DNA from: Camelus dromedarius
Taxonomy: Eukaryota
Direction: 5' to 3'
NCBI RefSeq assembly: GCF_036321535.1
Contig: NC_087447.1
Span: 35,342,001-35,406,000, forward strand
Length of the DNA stretch: 64,000 nucleotides
Shown: one piece after another, positions 12,962 through 25,954 of the stretch
Layout of the letters: the number at the start of each line of letters is the position of its first letter
Numbering within the stretch: the stretch's first letter is position 1
Made by a program: the position numbers and the translations under genes
The notes under the pieces: generated by a model
Databases searched by the model: none
What the model saw: the letters and a program-made list of their open reading frames with translations, nothing else
Told to the model about the DNA's origin: nothing

Positions 12962-12967
12962 AATAAA
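12962..12967 (+). terminator. SAA3: SAA3 polyadenylation signal
   Basis: AATAAA about 130 nt after the stop, followed by a GT/T-rich tract (ttgttcttgttgtttg). Confidence 0.8.
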
Positions 12968-13026
12968 TGCTTATGAGATCCAATTTGTTCTTGTTGTTTG
13001 GAAATAGCATAAAACAGTCTTCCTGG

Positions 13027-13360
13027 TGTTGCCGAGTCCAAACTCATTCTGCTTGCCATACAATAGGCCAATAAATTGGGAGACAAGGTGTTGGGGCAAG
13101 GAAAAGCGACTTTATTCAGAAAGCTGGCAGACTGAGAGGATGGCTGACTAATGTCTTGGAGAACCATCCTGCTCTAGTCAGAATACAGGCTCCTTTTATA
13201 CAAACAAAACAAAACAAAACAAAACAAACCAAGGGAAGGGGTGTGGTTGATTGTTGCAAACTTCTTGCTGCAGGCATTCTTTGTGCTTGCAGCCGTCCAC
13301 GTGGGCCAGGTCAGGTGTTCCTGTAAACCTCCAACAAAACAAAGGTTATTCTCTATTACA
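13027..13360 (-). mobile_element. Solo ERV1-type LTR
   Basis: TG...CA termini with 4-bp TSD CTGG (13023-13026 and 13361-13364); minus-strand TATAAAA (~13194-13200) and AATAAA (13111-13116); internal (CAAAA)n. Confidence 0.8.
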
Positions 13361-13475
13361 CTGGGGATATGAGCCTATTTAATATCATGGGGATGATCAA
13401 TAAACATCTTTTTTTTAAAAAAAAAAAGGAGATAAAGCACTAATAAGCAATAGTTATAATTTGGGAAAAACTATA

Positions 13476-13627
13476 TAGTCATCCTTTGGTATTTGTGGGG
13501 ATTTGTTCCAGGACTCCCACGGATACCAAAATCCACAAATGCTAAGTGCCTCATACAAAATGGGATAGTACAGTCCGCCCTCCGCACCTGCTGAGCAGAG
13601 CCTGCAGATGTGGAGAGCGGGCAGCTG
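13476..13627. mobile_element. MER2-like TcMar-Tigger DNA transposon relic
   Basis: gttccaggactcccacggataccaaaatccac...gtacagtccgccctccg resembles MER2-type elements; flanked by TA dinucleotides. Confidence 0.7.
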
Positions 13628-15353
13628 TACGTCCATAACACAGAGCATACTACGTGGACCACTGGATGGACCAATTATCAGTCCATAACTCTCTGGTCCA
13701 TAACATGGAAAAGGTAAGAGACTATCATGAGCAATTTCAGCAATAAAGCTGAAAACTTGGTAAAAACAAACAAATTCTTACAAAAATACAACTTACAAAA
13801 ACTGACTCAAGAAGAAATGAAAACTTGGATAATACTACAATTATGGAAAAAGATCATATCTCCCCTCACCAAAAAAAAGTAGTCCCAGATGGTTCTATAG
13901 ACAAATTTAACCCTTCAAATAAGCGAATAATTTTTTTTGTACAAACAATTTTGCAGCGTAGAAGAGAAAATACTCTCTGATCCTTTGCATGAGGGTAGGA
14001 AAATTTGGCACCAAGAAAATCAAAGGAAAGTACAAAAAAAGTACCTTGAGTTACTATGGATTCACCCCAGCCGTGACTATCTCCTTGTGGACAAAGTGTA
14101 ACATGAAGCTATGTCTTATGTAACCGCAGAAGATCCCGGCATCTTGAAGATGTGTGTTCAATCTCACACACCCCACACAGTTTCTTTCTCAAGTTAGACT
14201 CTCTCCCTTGGGTCTTCCTGGCCCCAGGGTCTCTGTTTATAACGGACTGTTTCCAGGCCCCTCTGTGTTCAGACCCCCTACTGCCCCATCGGCTGTGTCC
14301 TTTCTGCTTCTCTGTTTCCCAGGAATCTGAGTCCCTCAGTGGTCCGTCTCCCTGCTCTGGAGGCCTAGGCTCAGGAGGCTTTCTCCTCTCCCAATCTCTC
14401 CTTCCAGATCCAGTCCCTGTCCATGTGCTAGGAAAGGTTATTCAAATTCATATCCCCTCTCTCTTTCCTTATTTGGTGGCTCAGGCCAGTATAGAACACC
14501 AGCTCCTCAGGGCACCGCATCCGTCAGCCCCGAAACCTGTATCCTTAACCATGAATGCCTCCATAGCACTTTGCTCATGCCTTCTTGGGAATCCGTATTC
14601 ATCCTTGTCAGAGTTAGTGGTTTATATGTTGGTCCTCGTGCTGCTTGGTTTTTAAGTTCCTCTAACACGAGTTAGCAGCAGAATGATAATGACAATCACA
14701 TTTAACATTAAGTATGGACCAGCTATGGCACAAAGTCTTTCTTGTGTTATCCCATTGGATCCTCACACGTTAATTATGTTTATTTTCTAGCTGAGGAAAT
14801 TTGAGGCACATAGAGTTCAAATAATGTATCAACTCACATTGCTAGTTTGATACTGGAGCCAATGTTCTTATCCATGTGCTTGTATTGTAGTACTTGTAGT
14901 GAAGTTTAGAGCTTATAAAACTATTTTGCATAGATTCATTCCCTTGGTCATTCCTTCAGTGAACTTATTGCCCTCAGCTGATTCTCACAACAAATCTGTG
15001 AAATAAATCTATATGTGGAATATGTGGAATATGTGAAGGCAGAGGCAAGAAAGAGCTGAGTTAAAAGCAAGCAACAATTTGGAGGAGACTATATAATTGT
15101 GTCAAGGAAACTGTAGAAAAAGGCATGTGGTCGTGTCCTTAGAGAATGGCATTAGCATAGGTCCTCCCAGATTTGTCAGTCCCTGGGACCAAGAGAGATC
15201 TAGGCTCTTGTTCTCAACAGGGACTGCACTGCACACGCACAAACACGCACACACACACGCACCTCACCCCAACTTTCAAATATCTCTGAAGACATTTTTG
15301 GTTACCACAATGATTGGGGGGCATTTAGTGGGTGGGCCAGAGATACACACATA

Positions 15354-15870
15354 TGAAACAGAGTAGGACCTTGTCTGGTCTTCCCAGGGACAGACCCCTC
15401 CCCCTTCTCCATGTCCTCCCACCTCTCGTTTGTAGAAAAGCTTTAGCCTTCTAGGCCTTCTCTGAGTTCCAAACAGTAAATTGAATTAGAGAAGTGAGAA
15501 AATGCAGAAAGAGAGGAAACCAGTCGAGCAAGACAAAATAATAATAGTTTAGCCATAAAACAAAGTCAAGGATCTTTAGTTCCGCCTCAAGGGTTATAGA
15601 TAATTTCCTGAGCCATAGCTTTGAGTTATTTTGCAGATACTAAAACCTCTACCTGGTGGAAGAAGTTAACTGCCTGCTGACCACCAGCACATAGACCCCA
15701 GACCAGTTGGAACCAGAAGGTTGATCATTGAGGTATCTGAAATATCACCCTGTTACTTCACCATCTCAACCAATCAGAAAACTGTGGGTGAGCTGATTAT
15801 GTACCCTGTGACTCCCTCCCTCACCCTATCTTTAAAAACTCTTCTCTGAAAGTCATTGGAGAGTTAAGGT
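15354..15870 (+). mobile_element. ERV LTR fragment (3'-truncated)
   Basis: Begins TGAAACAGAG; U3-like body with ACCAATCAG (CCAAT 15770-15774) and TTTAAAAA 15831-15838; no clear 3' CA terminus or TSD seen. Confidence 0.6.
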
Positions 15871-16249
15871 GCTGTGAAATATTTGCTGTGGGCTGTGGGG
15901 GAGCATTGCGTCTGAGGTTGAGTACCATCAAACTAAATAAAATGGAAGCAGAAACTTAAAATACAGGTAGCGTAATACTGACGTTCTTACCGGTGACGTT
16001 TGTCTTTCCCAAGTTTCCAGCCACACCTGGGAGAAGAATGAGCACCTACTGAATCTTTAAGAATGACAACGGTGCCCAGAGAACAGAGGTCAGGTAGCTT
16101 CGAGATTCACGTCTGTCCCAGGACACTGTCCTTTTCCCTGCCCGACCCCCAATTCCTCCGTCTCCCGCCCCGTTCCTTCCGATCAGGCTAAGAGCTCCTG
16201 AGAGGTGGAATATCTGGTCCAGTAAGAGTGACAAGTAACAATTACGAGT

Positions 16250-16800
16250 ATGATCGCGTCGGGGTCCTGAGAAGAGTAGGGAGGGGTGGAGATAGCGTCA
16301 TTTGGGAGCCCTAGCCTGATGGGCATATTGGGCGGGCACTCAGGCCGGCAGGGCTCCGGACAGCAGGGGGCGCTGTGGTGGGAGCCGCGCCGGGCTGTCT
16401 GGTGCCTGGAGGCCTCTCGCCTCCTCCCGCGCTTCCGGAGCAGCTCCCGCGCGCCAGAAGCTGCCCAGTTATGGACCGCAACCCGTCACCGCCGCCGCCT
16501 AGTCGGGACGAGGATGGGGACGAAGCGGCCGGCGGGGACTGTATAGGCAGCACGGTCTACAGCAAGCACTGGCTCTTCGGCGTCCTCAGCGGGCTCATCC
16601 AGGTGTGGAAACTCGCGCCTCACTTGGACTCCCCGTTCGTTCCCCCAGACCCCCGCCTCGCCTCCGGCAGCCCCTCTTGCCCGGGTAGCCACGGTCCCCA
16701 CGACGACCCCTCCCCAGGCCCCAGCGGCGGGGCCTCACCCCCTTGCGTCCTGAGCTCCTCCGGGGATCCAGCCTGCCGGGAGCCACTCCCGGTTCCCCTC
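16250..16800 (+). promoter_or_regulatory. SAAL1: SAAL1 CpG island and promoter with CTCF-like site
   Basis: High GC and CpG density; GC box GGGCGG ~16330; ACAGCAGGGGGCGCTG 16360-16375. Confidence 0.8.
16471..16602 (+). CDS. SAAL1: SAAL1 exon 1
   Basis: [44 protein letters not shown]; donor CAG|gtgtgg; matches the SAAL1 N-terminus. Confidence 0.95.
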
Positions 16801-17978
16801 AAAACAAAGGGAAGTGTAGCGGCAGGGATGGAAATGCTTGCAGTTGAAATATTTTACTTCTGCAAAATTTTCAAAAAATACGCGACTGTGTGAATACATT
16901 GCTGGAGATTTTGCTCCCCATTCCCACTGTAGTTTCTGAAGCCCCGGTCTCTATTTCTCTACTTTCGTTGCAGTAGAATAAGTGGTCATTTTGGAGTCAG
17001 ACGGCTCTGCTAATCAAAATCGTGGCTTCGTCGTCCAGCTTGACTTTGGGCAAGTCACCCAACCGCTCAGAGCCTGGATTTCTTTCTCAATTTCTATAAA
17101 GTGGGATGATAATATCTATATTATTGTATATAGGATTATTGTGTAGATTAAATAAGATGGTAAGAGCCCTAGAGTGCTTACCGTGGTGTTAACCTTGCAG
17201 GAGGCTCTCCAGAAATGAGCATTCTCCTCCTCATATTTCCCTAACTTATTTCCCTACTTCCAATCACTGTCCTCTCCACTCCATCTTCTACACAGCTGCC
17301 AAAATAATCTTCCTCAAAACCAACCAACCAACCAACCAACAAATCTGTGCATGGGACCTCCTCTTAGTTCCATTTGCCTACAGGAGAAAAATGCATTTTT
17401 CGTAGTTTGGAATCCAGGGCTCTTTGCAACTTTTCCAGCCTCCTCTGCCCATGACACACTAAACTGCTCACCACGCCCCCACACTTGCCAGGCCCTTTCT
17501 TAACTCTGAACTCCTGTACTTTCCTCTTTGTGCTCTTCTCCTTTCTTCACATGACAAACCCATTCTCCCTCAGAGATTTAGCTTAAATCTCACCTCTTAA
17601 GAGAATTTTCCCAAGCTTCTTGCAGGCATAGGTCATTGGTCCATCATTTTTGTTCTCATGCCTCTTTGTCCACAATTCACTTCAATCACTTAGCCTTTTC
17701 TGTTGTGATTACCAATTTATACGTCTTTCCCCCACTAGATTCTAAAGTGCTTGAAAGCACAGGATTAAATCTTACTCATCCTTGTATTTCTACCCCAGTG
17801 CCTGGCAATAGTATTTAGCCATGGTACCCAAAACATTAATTTTGTTAAACAAGTTTTTTTGCAAGAGAAGATACTCTGAGGATAATACCTTTGTGACTTC
17901 TAAATTGTTACAGGGTAATATGACTTGAGGAGTACTATAGACAGCCTTTATTCATCTCCTTCCTTTGTGTTTCTGAAG

Positions 17979-18092
17979 ATTGTTAACCCTGAAAACCCCA
18001 AATCCAGCTCAGATGATGAGGAGCAACAGACGGAGCTTGATGAAGAAATGGAGAATGAAATTTGCAGAGTGTGGGATATGTCAATGGATGAG
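17979..18092 (+). CDS. SAAL1: SAAL1 exon 2
   Basis: IVNPENPKSSSDDEEQQTELDEEMENEICRVWDMSMDE; ctgaag| ... |gtaatg; 114 nt. Confidence 0.95.
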
Positions 18093-18799
18093 GTAATGGG
18101 TTAGAAATAAAACTAAAAAGACTTGGGTAAAGAGGTAGTGAATGGATTTAAAAAAAAACAAAAAAACTTCAATCTAAAGTCTCTGGGGAAGACTTTAATA
18201 TCTGTAGTCCCTCCTATATGTGGTACAGGGAGTGAAGGCTGAGGAGCTATAAATGCTAAACTTCTGTTTTTGAAGGTAGAGAATCTGAGTGTCTTTAGAT
18301 TTGGGCTACATAAATAATTCTAATAAATGCTGGAACACTTGTAATCCAGGAAAATTCTGATGCTTATCTGTCTAAAAACAATGCTGGCCTTGTATTTGAG
18401 AGCAGATTAGGAGACCACTGATGTACCACAATCAAATTGGAAGGAACAGGAAGGAATTGCATGTACATAATTACAGTAATATGTTTACATTTGTGTTGTA
18501 CTCTATAACTTGAAAGCTTTTTCATATTATATTACTCCATTTGCTCTTCACAAAAGCCATGTGATATAAGTAGTACCCTTCTTCTACAGGTAGGAAAAGA
18601 GGCGAAAAGAGATTGCCTTACATGCTCTTTCATTTTATTACTTGGATTTTTGCAGTAGGTTCCTGATTAAAATCCTTGTTTTAGTCCCTTTCACCTCCCC
18701 TCTGTCCTCCACATTGCCAGCAAATTATCTTTTTCCTAAAACACAGATTTAATTGTATTCTTCTGTCTTAAAAATTGTCAATGGCTACTCATTGCCTTT

Positions 18800-20660
18800 A
18801 GCAATTTTTAAAAGCACCTTTATTGAGGTGTTATTGACACAAAAAACTATATATTTTGAGGTATAACTGAAGTACAAAAACTGCATGTATTTAAAGTGTA
18901 CATTTTGAAAAAAAATTGAGGTATGTATATGCACATGTAGCCATCATCAAAATTAAGATAGAGAACATACCTGTTTATATCCTACCTCTTGTCCCTTCCT
19001 GCCTCCACCCTCTCCAGGCAACCACTGATTGGCTATCTTCACTTCAGAGTAGTTTGCATTTTCTAGAGTTTTGTATAAATGGGATCGTATTCTTTTTTTG
19101 GAAGGGGTCTGGCTCTTTGTCTCAGGGTCATTAATTTAGGTTCATCCATGTTGTTGTGTTTATCAATAGTTTATTTTTTTTTTATTGCTGAGTGGTGTTC
19201 AGTGTGCTTGCTCTGGCCAGAATGTCCACTACAGTGTTCACTAGAAGCAGTTAGAGGAGACTTCCTTGTCTTGTTCTGGTTGTAGGGGTAGAGCATTGGT
19301 CTTCCACCATGAAGTACGGTGTAACTGTGGAGGAGAAAGTTCCCTCTGTCTCTAGATTTCCTCGAGTCTTTATCAGGAATGGATTTTGGATTTTGTCAGG
19401 CTTTTGCTAAGTCTGTTGAGTTAGTCATGTGCTTTTTATTTTTAGTTTGTTAATATGGTGAACTATGTTGATTGATTTTCAAGTTGCTAAAATCTTGTCT
19501 GGGAATTTCATATATGTTCATAAGAGATAGTCGTTTTCTTGTCATTGTCTGCTTTTGGTATCAAGGTAATGCTGTCCTCAGAATGAGGTGGGAAGTCTCC
19601 CCTCTATACATGTCAGGAGGAGTTTGTGTAGAACAGCTATTATTTTGTTCTTAAATATTTGGTGTAATTCACCAATGAAGCTATCTGATCTTGGAGTTTT
19701 CTTTGTGGGAAGTTTTTTTGTTTGTTTTTAGTTTTGTGTATATATTACTTAAAAAAATAAGTTTTATTGAGATATAACTCATTACCATAAAATTCACCAT
19801 TCAGTAGTTTTTGGTATATTGTGGGGAAGACTATAAATTCAATTTCTTTAATAGATAGAGGGCCGTTCTGGTTACTTCGGTACTTTGTGTTCTTCAGGAA
19901 ACTAATCCACTTCATCTAAGTTGTCAAGTTTATTGACATAAAATTGTTTGTAGTATTATGTTATTGTTCTTTAATATCTGTAGGCTCTGTAATGATGGTG
20001 ACTCTCTCATTCCTGATATTAGTAATTTGTATCTTCTGTCTTTTGTCCCTGATCAGTTTGACTAGAAGTGTAACAGTTTTATTGATCTTCACAAATAGAT
20101 AGCCTTTGGTTTCATTGATTTTTCTCTACTGCTTTTCTGTTTTCTATTTCATTGATTTCCAGTTTGATTTTTATTATTTCCTTTCTTCTGTTTACTCTGA
20201 TTTAACATGCTCTTCTTTTTCTAATTTCTTAAGGTGGAAGTTGAGTTTGTTAATTTGAGATCTTTTTTTTTAAAATATAGGCATTTAACACTGTAAGTTT
20301 TCCTCTAAATCTTGCTTTAGCACTATCCTACAACTTCTGCTATGTTGTGTTTTGTCTCATTTAGTTCAGAATACTTTCTAATTTTCCTTAATTTTTCTTT
20401 GGTTAATGAGTAGCAGTGCATTATTTAGATTTCAAATGGAGATTTTTCAGATATCTTTCTGTTCTTGTGGTCAGTGAATACTCTGAATCCTGTTAAATGT
20501 ATTGAGACTTGTTTCATGGCTCAGAATTTGGTCCTAGTAAAGTTTCCAGGTTCACTTAAAAAGAATGTGTATACTCCTGTTGCTGGGTGGAGTGTCCTGT
20601 AAAATAACAATTTGATCAAAAGTGGTTGAGAGTATTGTTCAAGTCTTCTCTCTACTTCTT
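18800..20660 (-). mobile_element. Composite of old LINE-1 fragments (SAAL1 intron 2)
   Basis: Antisense L1 3'UTR (caggcaaccactgattggct, ttcatccatgttgttgtgt) and ORF2-like T-rich tracts; boundaries approximate. Confidence 0.7.
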
Positions 20661-21491
20661 CTACAGTTATTAAGAGCTATGGTTTAAAAAAAGTTTTTAA
20701 AAGAAATATAACGTATTTTTCAAGTGAAATCCTCAAATATAAAATAGGTAAAACAGAGCTGCTGTATGAATGAGATTGTTTGCGGAGGGAGGGCCGTGCT
20801 CTTGGCCTCCCCTTTGTCCTCTTAGGGTAGCACTTGAAGCACCTATAGAGAAATGAGCTGCCCGCTGACTCACTGGCATATAATCCCTCTAGTGAGACTA
20901 CATCCCAGCCTTATCCCCTATGACTCTGAGCAGGACCAGAGACTTCCAGATACTTCCTGCATTTTCCTGTGTTCATGCTCTGTTCCTGCTACTCTCTGCA
21001 TGGAATGTCCTTCACTTGGCAAAATCTTTCTCATCTTTTATGGTGCAGCTCAAATGTCACCTCCTCTGTGATGCCTCCCTGGAAACTCCAGGAAGAATTC
21101 CTCTCTTTTCTGTCCTCTCATGGAACCTGTTCATTATGTTGCATAACACTTAACTTGTTACTCAGTGATTGTTTTGTGCCTGTGTCCTCTGGTAGGCTGA
21201 AGTTCCTTCTTTTAAAAGCTTAATGTCACCTCGTCAGAGACACTGTCTGTGATATACCTAGAGTAGCCCCACTTATCTTGGTTTCTAACACACACCATCT
21301 TGGTTATCTTCTTTGTAGCACTTAGACATTGTGTAGTTTGGTTGTTTACTTGTTTATTGTTTGTTCATCCCTCTAGAATGAAAACTAGATGAGATCTTAT
21401 CTAGCTTGTTCCCTGATGTGTCCCCAGAGCCCAAAACAGTGCATGTTGCTTGGGTTTTTCAGTAAATATTTGGTGAAGAATGAATGAATGG

Positions 21492-21887
21492 TCATTCTAA
21501 GTGAAGTAAGCCAGAAAGAGAAAGAAAAATACCATATGAGATTGCTCATATGTGGACTCTAAAAAAAAACAAAAAAACCCCACAAACAAAGCATAAATAC
21601 AAAACAGAAATAGACTCATAGACATAGAATACAAACTTGTGGTTGCCAAGGGGGCGGAGGGTGGGAAGGGATAGACTAGGATTTCAAAATTGTAGAATAG
21701 ATAAACAAGATTATACTGTATAGCACAGGGAAATATATACAAGATCTTCTGGTAGCTCATGGAGAAAAAAATGTGACAATGAATATATATATGTTCATGT
21801 ATAACTGAAAAATTGTGCTCTATACTGGAATTTGATACAACATTGTAAAATGATTATAAATCAATAAAAAAATGTTTAAAAAAAAAA
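21492..21887 (+). mobile_element. Young 5'-truncated LINE-1 (3'UTR and poly A)
   Basis: L1 3'UTR (ctaagtgaagtaagccag...), AATAAA and A-tail; perfect 16-bp TSD AAGAATGAATGAATGG at 21476-21491 and 21888-21903. Confidence 0.92.
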
Positions 21888-22499
21888 AAGAATGAATGAA
21901 TGGGTAAATACCTGAGAGTTAGTGTGGTGTGCTGGTTAAAAACATGGTTGATCAAACTCATCTGGGCTCAGATTCTGGCTGTGTTCTACAATTGTATAAT
22001 CTTGGCAGTTGCTTAACATTTTAAAACCTCAGTTTGTTTATTAGTGTAATGGGGCTAATGATAATAACTACTTCATAGGGTTGTTTTGAGAATTAAATTA
22101 GAAGGTATGCAAACCACTTCACTGTACCTGGCATTTAATACTTGTTCAATAAATGTTAATTGCCATTATTATTATTGGTGTTGATATTATTAATCCCTGT
22201 GCTACTCCAGGAATTATTTTAACTAAGTAAATAAATCCCTGCATGCTGCAAAGAGTTGCCCACATGACAGCTTGATCACTTAGGGTGGCAGCATCTGCTG
22301 CTATGACTTTCAGTTTGGAGTATATCTTTGAAAACTCTGTTTTCTCTGACCATGATCTCTTGATAAGTACGTGTGTCTCTCCCAGTCGACGGTCACGCAG
22401 TTTACCCCAGTTTCAGCTTCTCTGAAGGACTATTGCCTAAGCTATGTGGTTTAAGGAGACGTATTCAGCATCCAGATTAACAATTATTTCTATTTTCAG

Positions 22500-22583
22500 G
22501 ATGTGGCTTTATTTCTTCAAGAATTTAACGCTCCTGACATATTTATGGGAGTATTGGCCAAATCCAAGTGTCCTCGATTAAGA
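22500..22583 (+). CDS. SAAL1: SAAL1 exon 3
   Basis: [28 protein letters not shown]; ttttcag| ... |gtaagt; 84 nt. Confidence 0.95.
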
Positions 22584-25500
22584 GTAAGTATGTGCGTTTC
22601 TGAAGCTGCCTCTTTGGAGCAATAACAGCAGATAGTGCTGGATAGTCTTTCATTTTTCTCACTTTAATGTTCTCATTGGCTACAGATCAGTCAGCAAATG
22701 TTTATTGAACATTACCAGACACTAAGTAATGTGCTATTTAAAATTATTACATAGAATTTTGGATTTGAGCTGGAGATCAATACTTCCACTTAATGGCTGT
22801 GACACCAGATAGGGATAACCAACATTATGCTGCCAATATGTGGCAGAACAGGAAACAGTGCCCAGACTGCCCATTTCTCAGTTTATTGCTCTTTTTTATT
22901 TGCAAAATCCTCCATTACTTAAAAGCTTTCATTCTAAACTCGGTCTATTGCTCACAACTTTCCATAATCTGAATCTAATTCGCATCTTTCTGGCATAAAA
23001 TCTACCCTCTAGATAGTCCTTCCAATTTAGCAAGCTCTGTCTGTTCATCATCTCAAGAGTTTACTGTGATCATCTCCATCTCCACGCCTTCATTTATATG
23101 CCTTCCATCTCCCCTCAATATTCACATCTACTATTCAAGATGATACTTTCCTTCTAAGCCTTCCCAAATAAGTAAGCTGTCAGTGGCCAATGATGATAGT
23201 AAACGCACCAAAACAATTCTTTACTTCTCATTAAGTCTTCCATGCTTTAATGCTATTTAGGTTGCCATGTACTGTGCACGTCATGGGTGATTAGTAAATA
23301 TTTATTGACTAGTTACAATTATGAATAACAGCTATTTACTGAGTACTTTGTTTTACTACTCTACGAGGTAGGCATTTATCTCCACTTTGTAAGTAAAAGA
23401 ACTAAGTCTCAGATTAAGAAGTGTGTCCAGGACCATACAGCTAGGAAAGATTGGAGCTGGGATTTGAGCCTGGTCCGCATGACTTAAGTATAACCACTGT
23501 ACTGTATTGTCTCCGTTTCTAAATTGAAATTATGAAGTGGTGAATTCTGTAGTATGTTTTTTACCAATTGAATGTTGAGTTAAAAGTTTAATTAATACAG
23601 TGCTCCACCTTAGTTGGGGCCTGATGAGCCAATGGACCTCTATTTCCTTGGGTTGTTATATTAATATAAAGATTTGACAGTTACATGATTTTTCTTCTGG
23701 GTTTTTCTAACTTAAATGCATTAACTCACAGTTAGTACTTAGAGAAAATAAGCTTATGTTAAGAATGGCTCCTTCCAGGAGTTAGTCATATTATTATATA
23801 TGTCTATGAGCTATAGCCTGTCTATGGCAGTGATTCTCAGCCTTGGCCACACATTAGAATCACCTGGGACACGGGCTCTCAAACTTTAACATGTTTCAGT
23901 ATCAATGATCACTGGATTCACTTCCAGAGTTTCTGTTCCAGTAGTTTTGGGGTAGAATTGAGGAGTTCTAACAAGTTTCCAGGTGATGCTAGTTACATTT
24001 TGACCAGGGCCAGGGCCCAAATTTGAGAAGCTTTGCCCTAGGGAGCTTTTAAAAATGTCAAGTCCGGCTATTCCCAGATCAGTTAAAACAGTGTCTCCTA
24101 GTGTGAGGCTCCAGACAGCTTGTAAAGCTCCCTCAGGGTGCTTCCCAGGAGTAGCCAAGGCTGAAAAACGTGGTCTTTGATTGGAAGTTCAGTTATTCCC
24201 TCTTTAATTTTTAGGGGAAATGTATGTGTTTCTTTTCTGCCCCTACTCTATTTTAATCTTTACACATTTTATTGAGACTCTTTACTCCTGGAGCTTTGGT
24301 GCCACCTCAGTCTCCTGGCCTCTGAGCTCTTTCAGTCACTTCTCTGTCACTTATTTTGCTTTTTAATTTCTTTCTACACACTGAGGGTGGAGCCCTTTTA
24401 AGATGTAGACCCAGATCCCTTGTTCTCTTTATATTCACTTCCTTAGCTTATCTATTCTTTACCTTTTTAAGTTGCAAATCTGTGCCTGTGGAACCAAAGC
24501 TGTGACCTCCCTTCTGATTTCTGGTGCTGTCTCCAGCTTTCTTCAGTCATCCTCTACTTGCACGCTGCATTTTCCAGTCCAGAATTATGCATGCCCTAAC
24601 TCAGTGATTATTACACTTATCCAATCATAAAAATCATGTGATGTGCTTGGTAAACAACAGCTTTCTAGACCCTACCTTGGAGATTCTGATTCAGTAGCTC
24701 TGAAGGTGGGACTTGGAAATTGGTATTTTTAACATGCTCCCTGAGTGATTGTTATGCTCTTGCAAGTTTGAAAACACTGTCCTAACTGAACTCATTGTGT
24801 CCTTTCCTATGCTTTCTTCTCCTTTTTTTTTTTTGGTCAATGGGACCAGTACATCCTACTGGAGAAATGCGATAACTTGAAACCTATGAGTTTTGTTTAA
24901 TTGCTTTTTCCCTTTCTTTCCATCAAATTATTCTGCTTTCACCTTGAGTCTTTTTCAGCTTCTTCCCTTCCTATGCCTGCTGTCACCACGCTCATCTTCT
25001 TGCATCTTGATTACAGAGATGCGGTGTGGTATAGTGACTAAATGCTCGGGTTCTGGAGTTCTTGCTGTTTCCTAGTTGGAGATCTTGGGCAAGTTGCTTA
25101 ACTTCTCTGTGATTTGGTTTCCTCACCTGAAAAATGGGGATAATAATAGTACTTACCTCATAAATTTTTATATGAAATGATACATGAAAAGTGCTTAGAG
25201 TGGTGCCTGGGCATAGTGAGTGCTAAATATTAGCTGTTACTCCTGAGATTATTAACATCTTTTAAAGTTGTTTCACTATCACACATTATGCATTTTGCTG
25301 CTAGAATAATCTTCCTAAAATATCACTGTAGTATGTTGACCCCCCTCCTTGAGGACCTTCATGGCTCCAAGTAACCTCCTAGATTAAGTCTAAACTCTTT
25401 AATATGGCAGTTATGGCCCTTAATCCACATCTTCTTTACCTGCTGTATTTATCTCATGTTATCCTCACTGTGTGGTACAGCCGGGCAGCTTTCTTTATTA

Positions 25501-25874
25501 GCCATTGCCCACTTTATTAGCCATTGTCCATTCTGCTGCATTATTCCCGTCCTGCCTCTGCTAATATGTTCCCCTTTGTTTGAATATCTTTCTTCTTGTT
25601 TGTATGTCTAAATCCTACCAGTCATTTATGACTCAGTTCATCCATAGGATTTCTTCTTTCATAACTCCTGCCTGCCTTTTTCTTATGTCTTTCATCCCCT
25701 CTCAAGTACTACTGGAAACTTGTCAAATTAGGATGCAGGCAGTATACCTCTGCATGTTGCCCCTCGTCTTCTCCCCCCCAAACTTGGCTCAGTGAAAGTT
25801 TTTTTTCAAGTTTTTATTTTTATATATGTCTTTCACCTTAGAGCCATTGTGACCTGTGGAATTTGATTTGATAG

Positions 25875-25954
25875 GAAATCTGCGTGGGAATTCTAGGTAA
25901 TATGGCCTGTTTCCAGGAGATATGTGTATCCATCAGCAGTGATAAAAATCTTGG
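25875..25954 (+). CDS. SAAL1: SAAL1 exon 4
   Basis: EICVGILGNMACFQEICVSISSDKNL(G); gatag| ... |gtaagt; 80 nt. Confidence 0.93.

Noticed and set aside
14152..14655. 167-aa ORF between SAA3 and SAAL1
   Set aside because: Non-ATG start, pyrimidine-rich low-complexity composition, no recognisable motif or splice-linked partner
16375..16893. 172-aa ORF spanning SAAL1 exon 1
   Set aside because: Opens at a GTG and runs through the donor at 16602 into GC-rich intron; only 16471-16602 matches SAAL1
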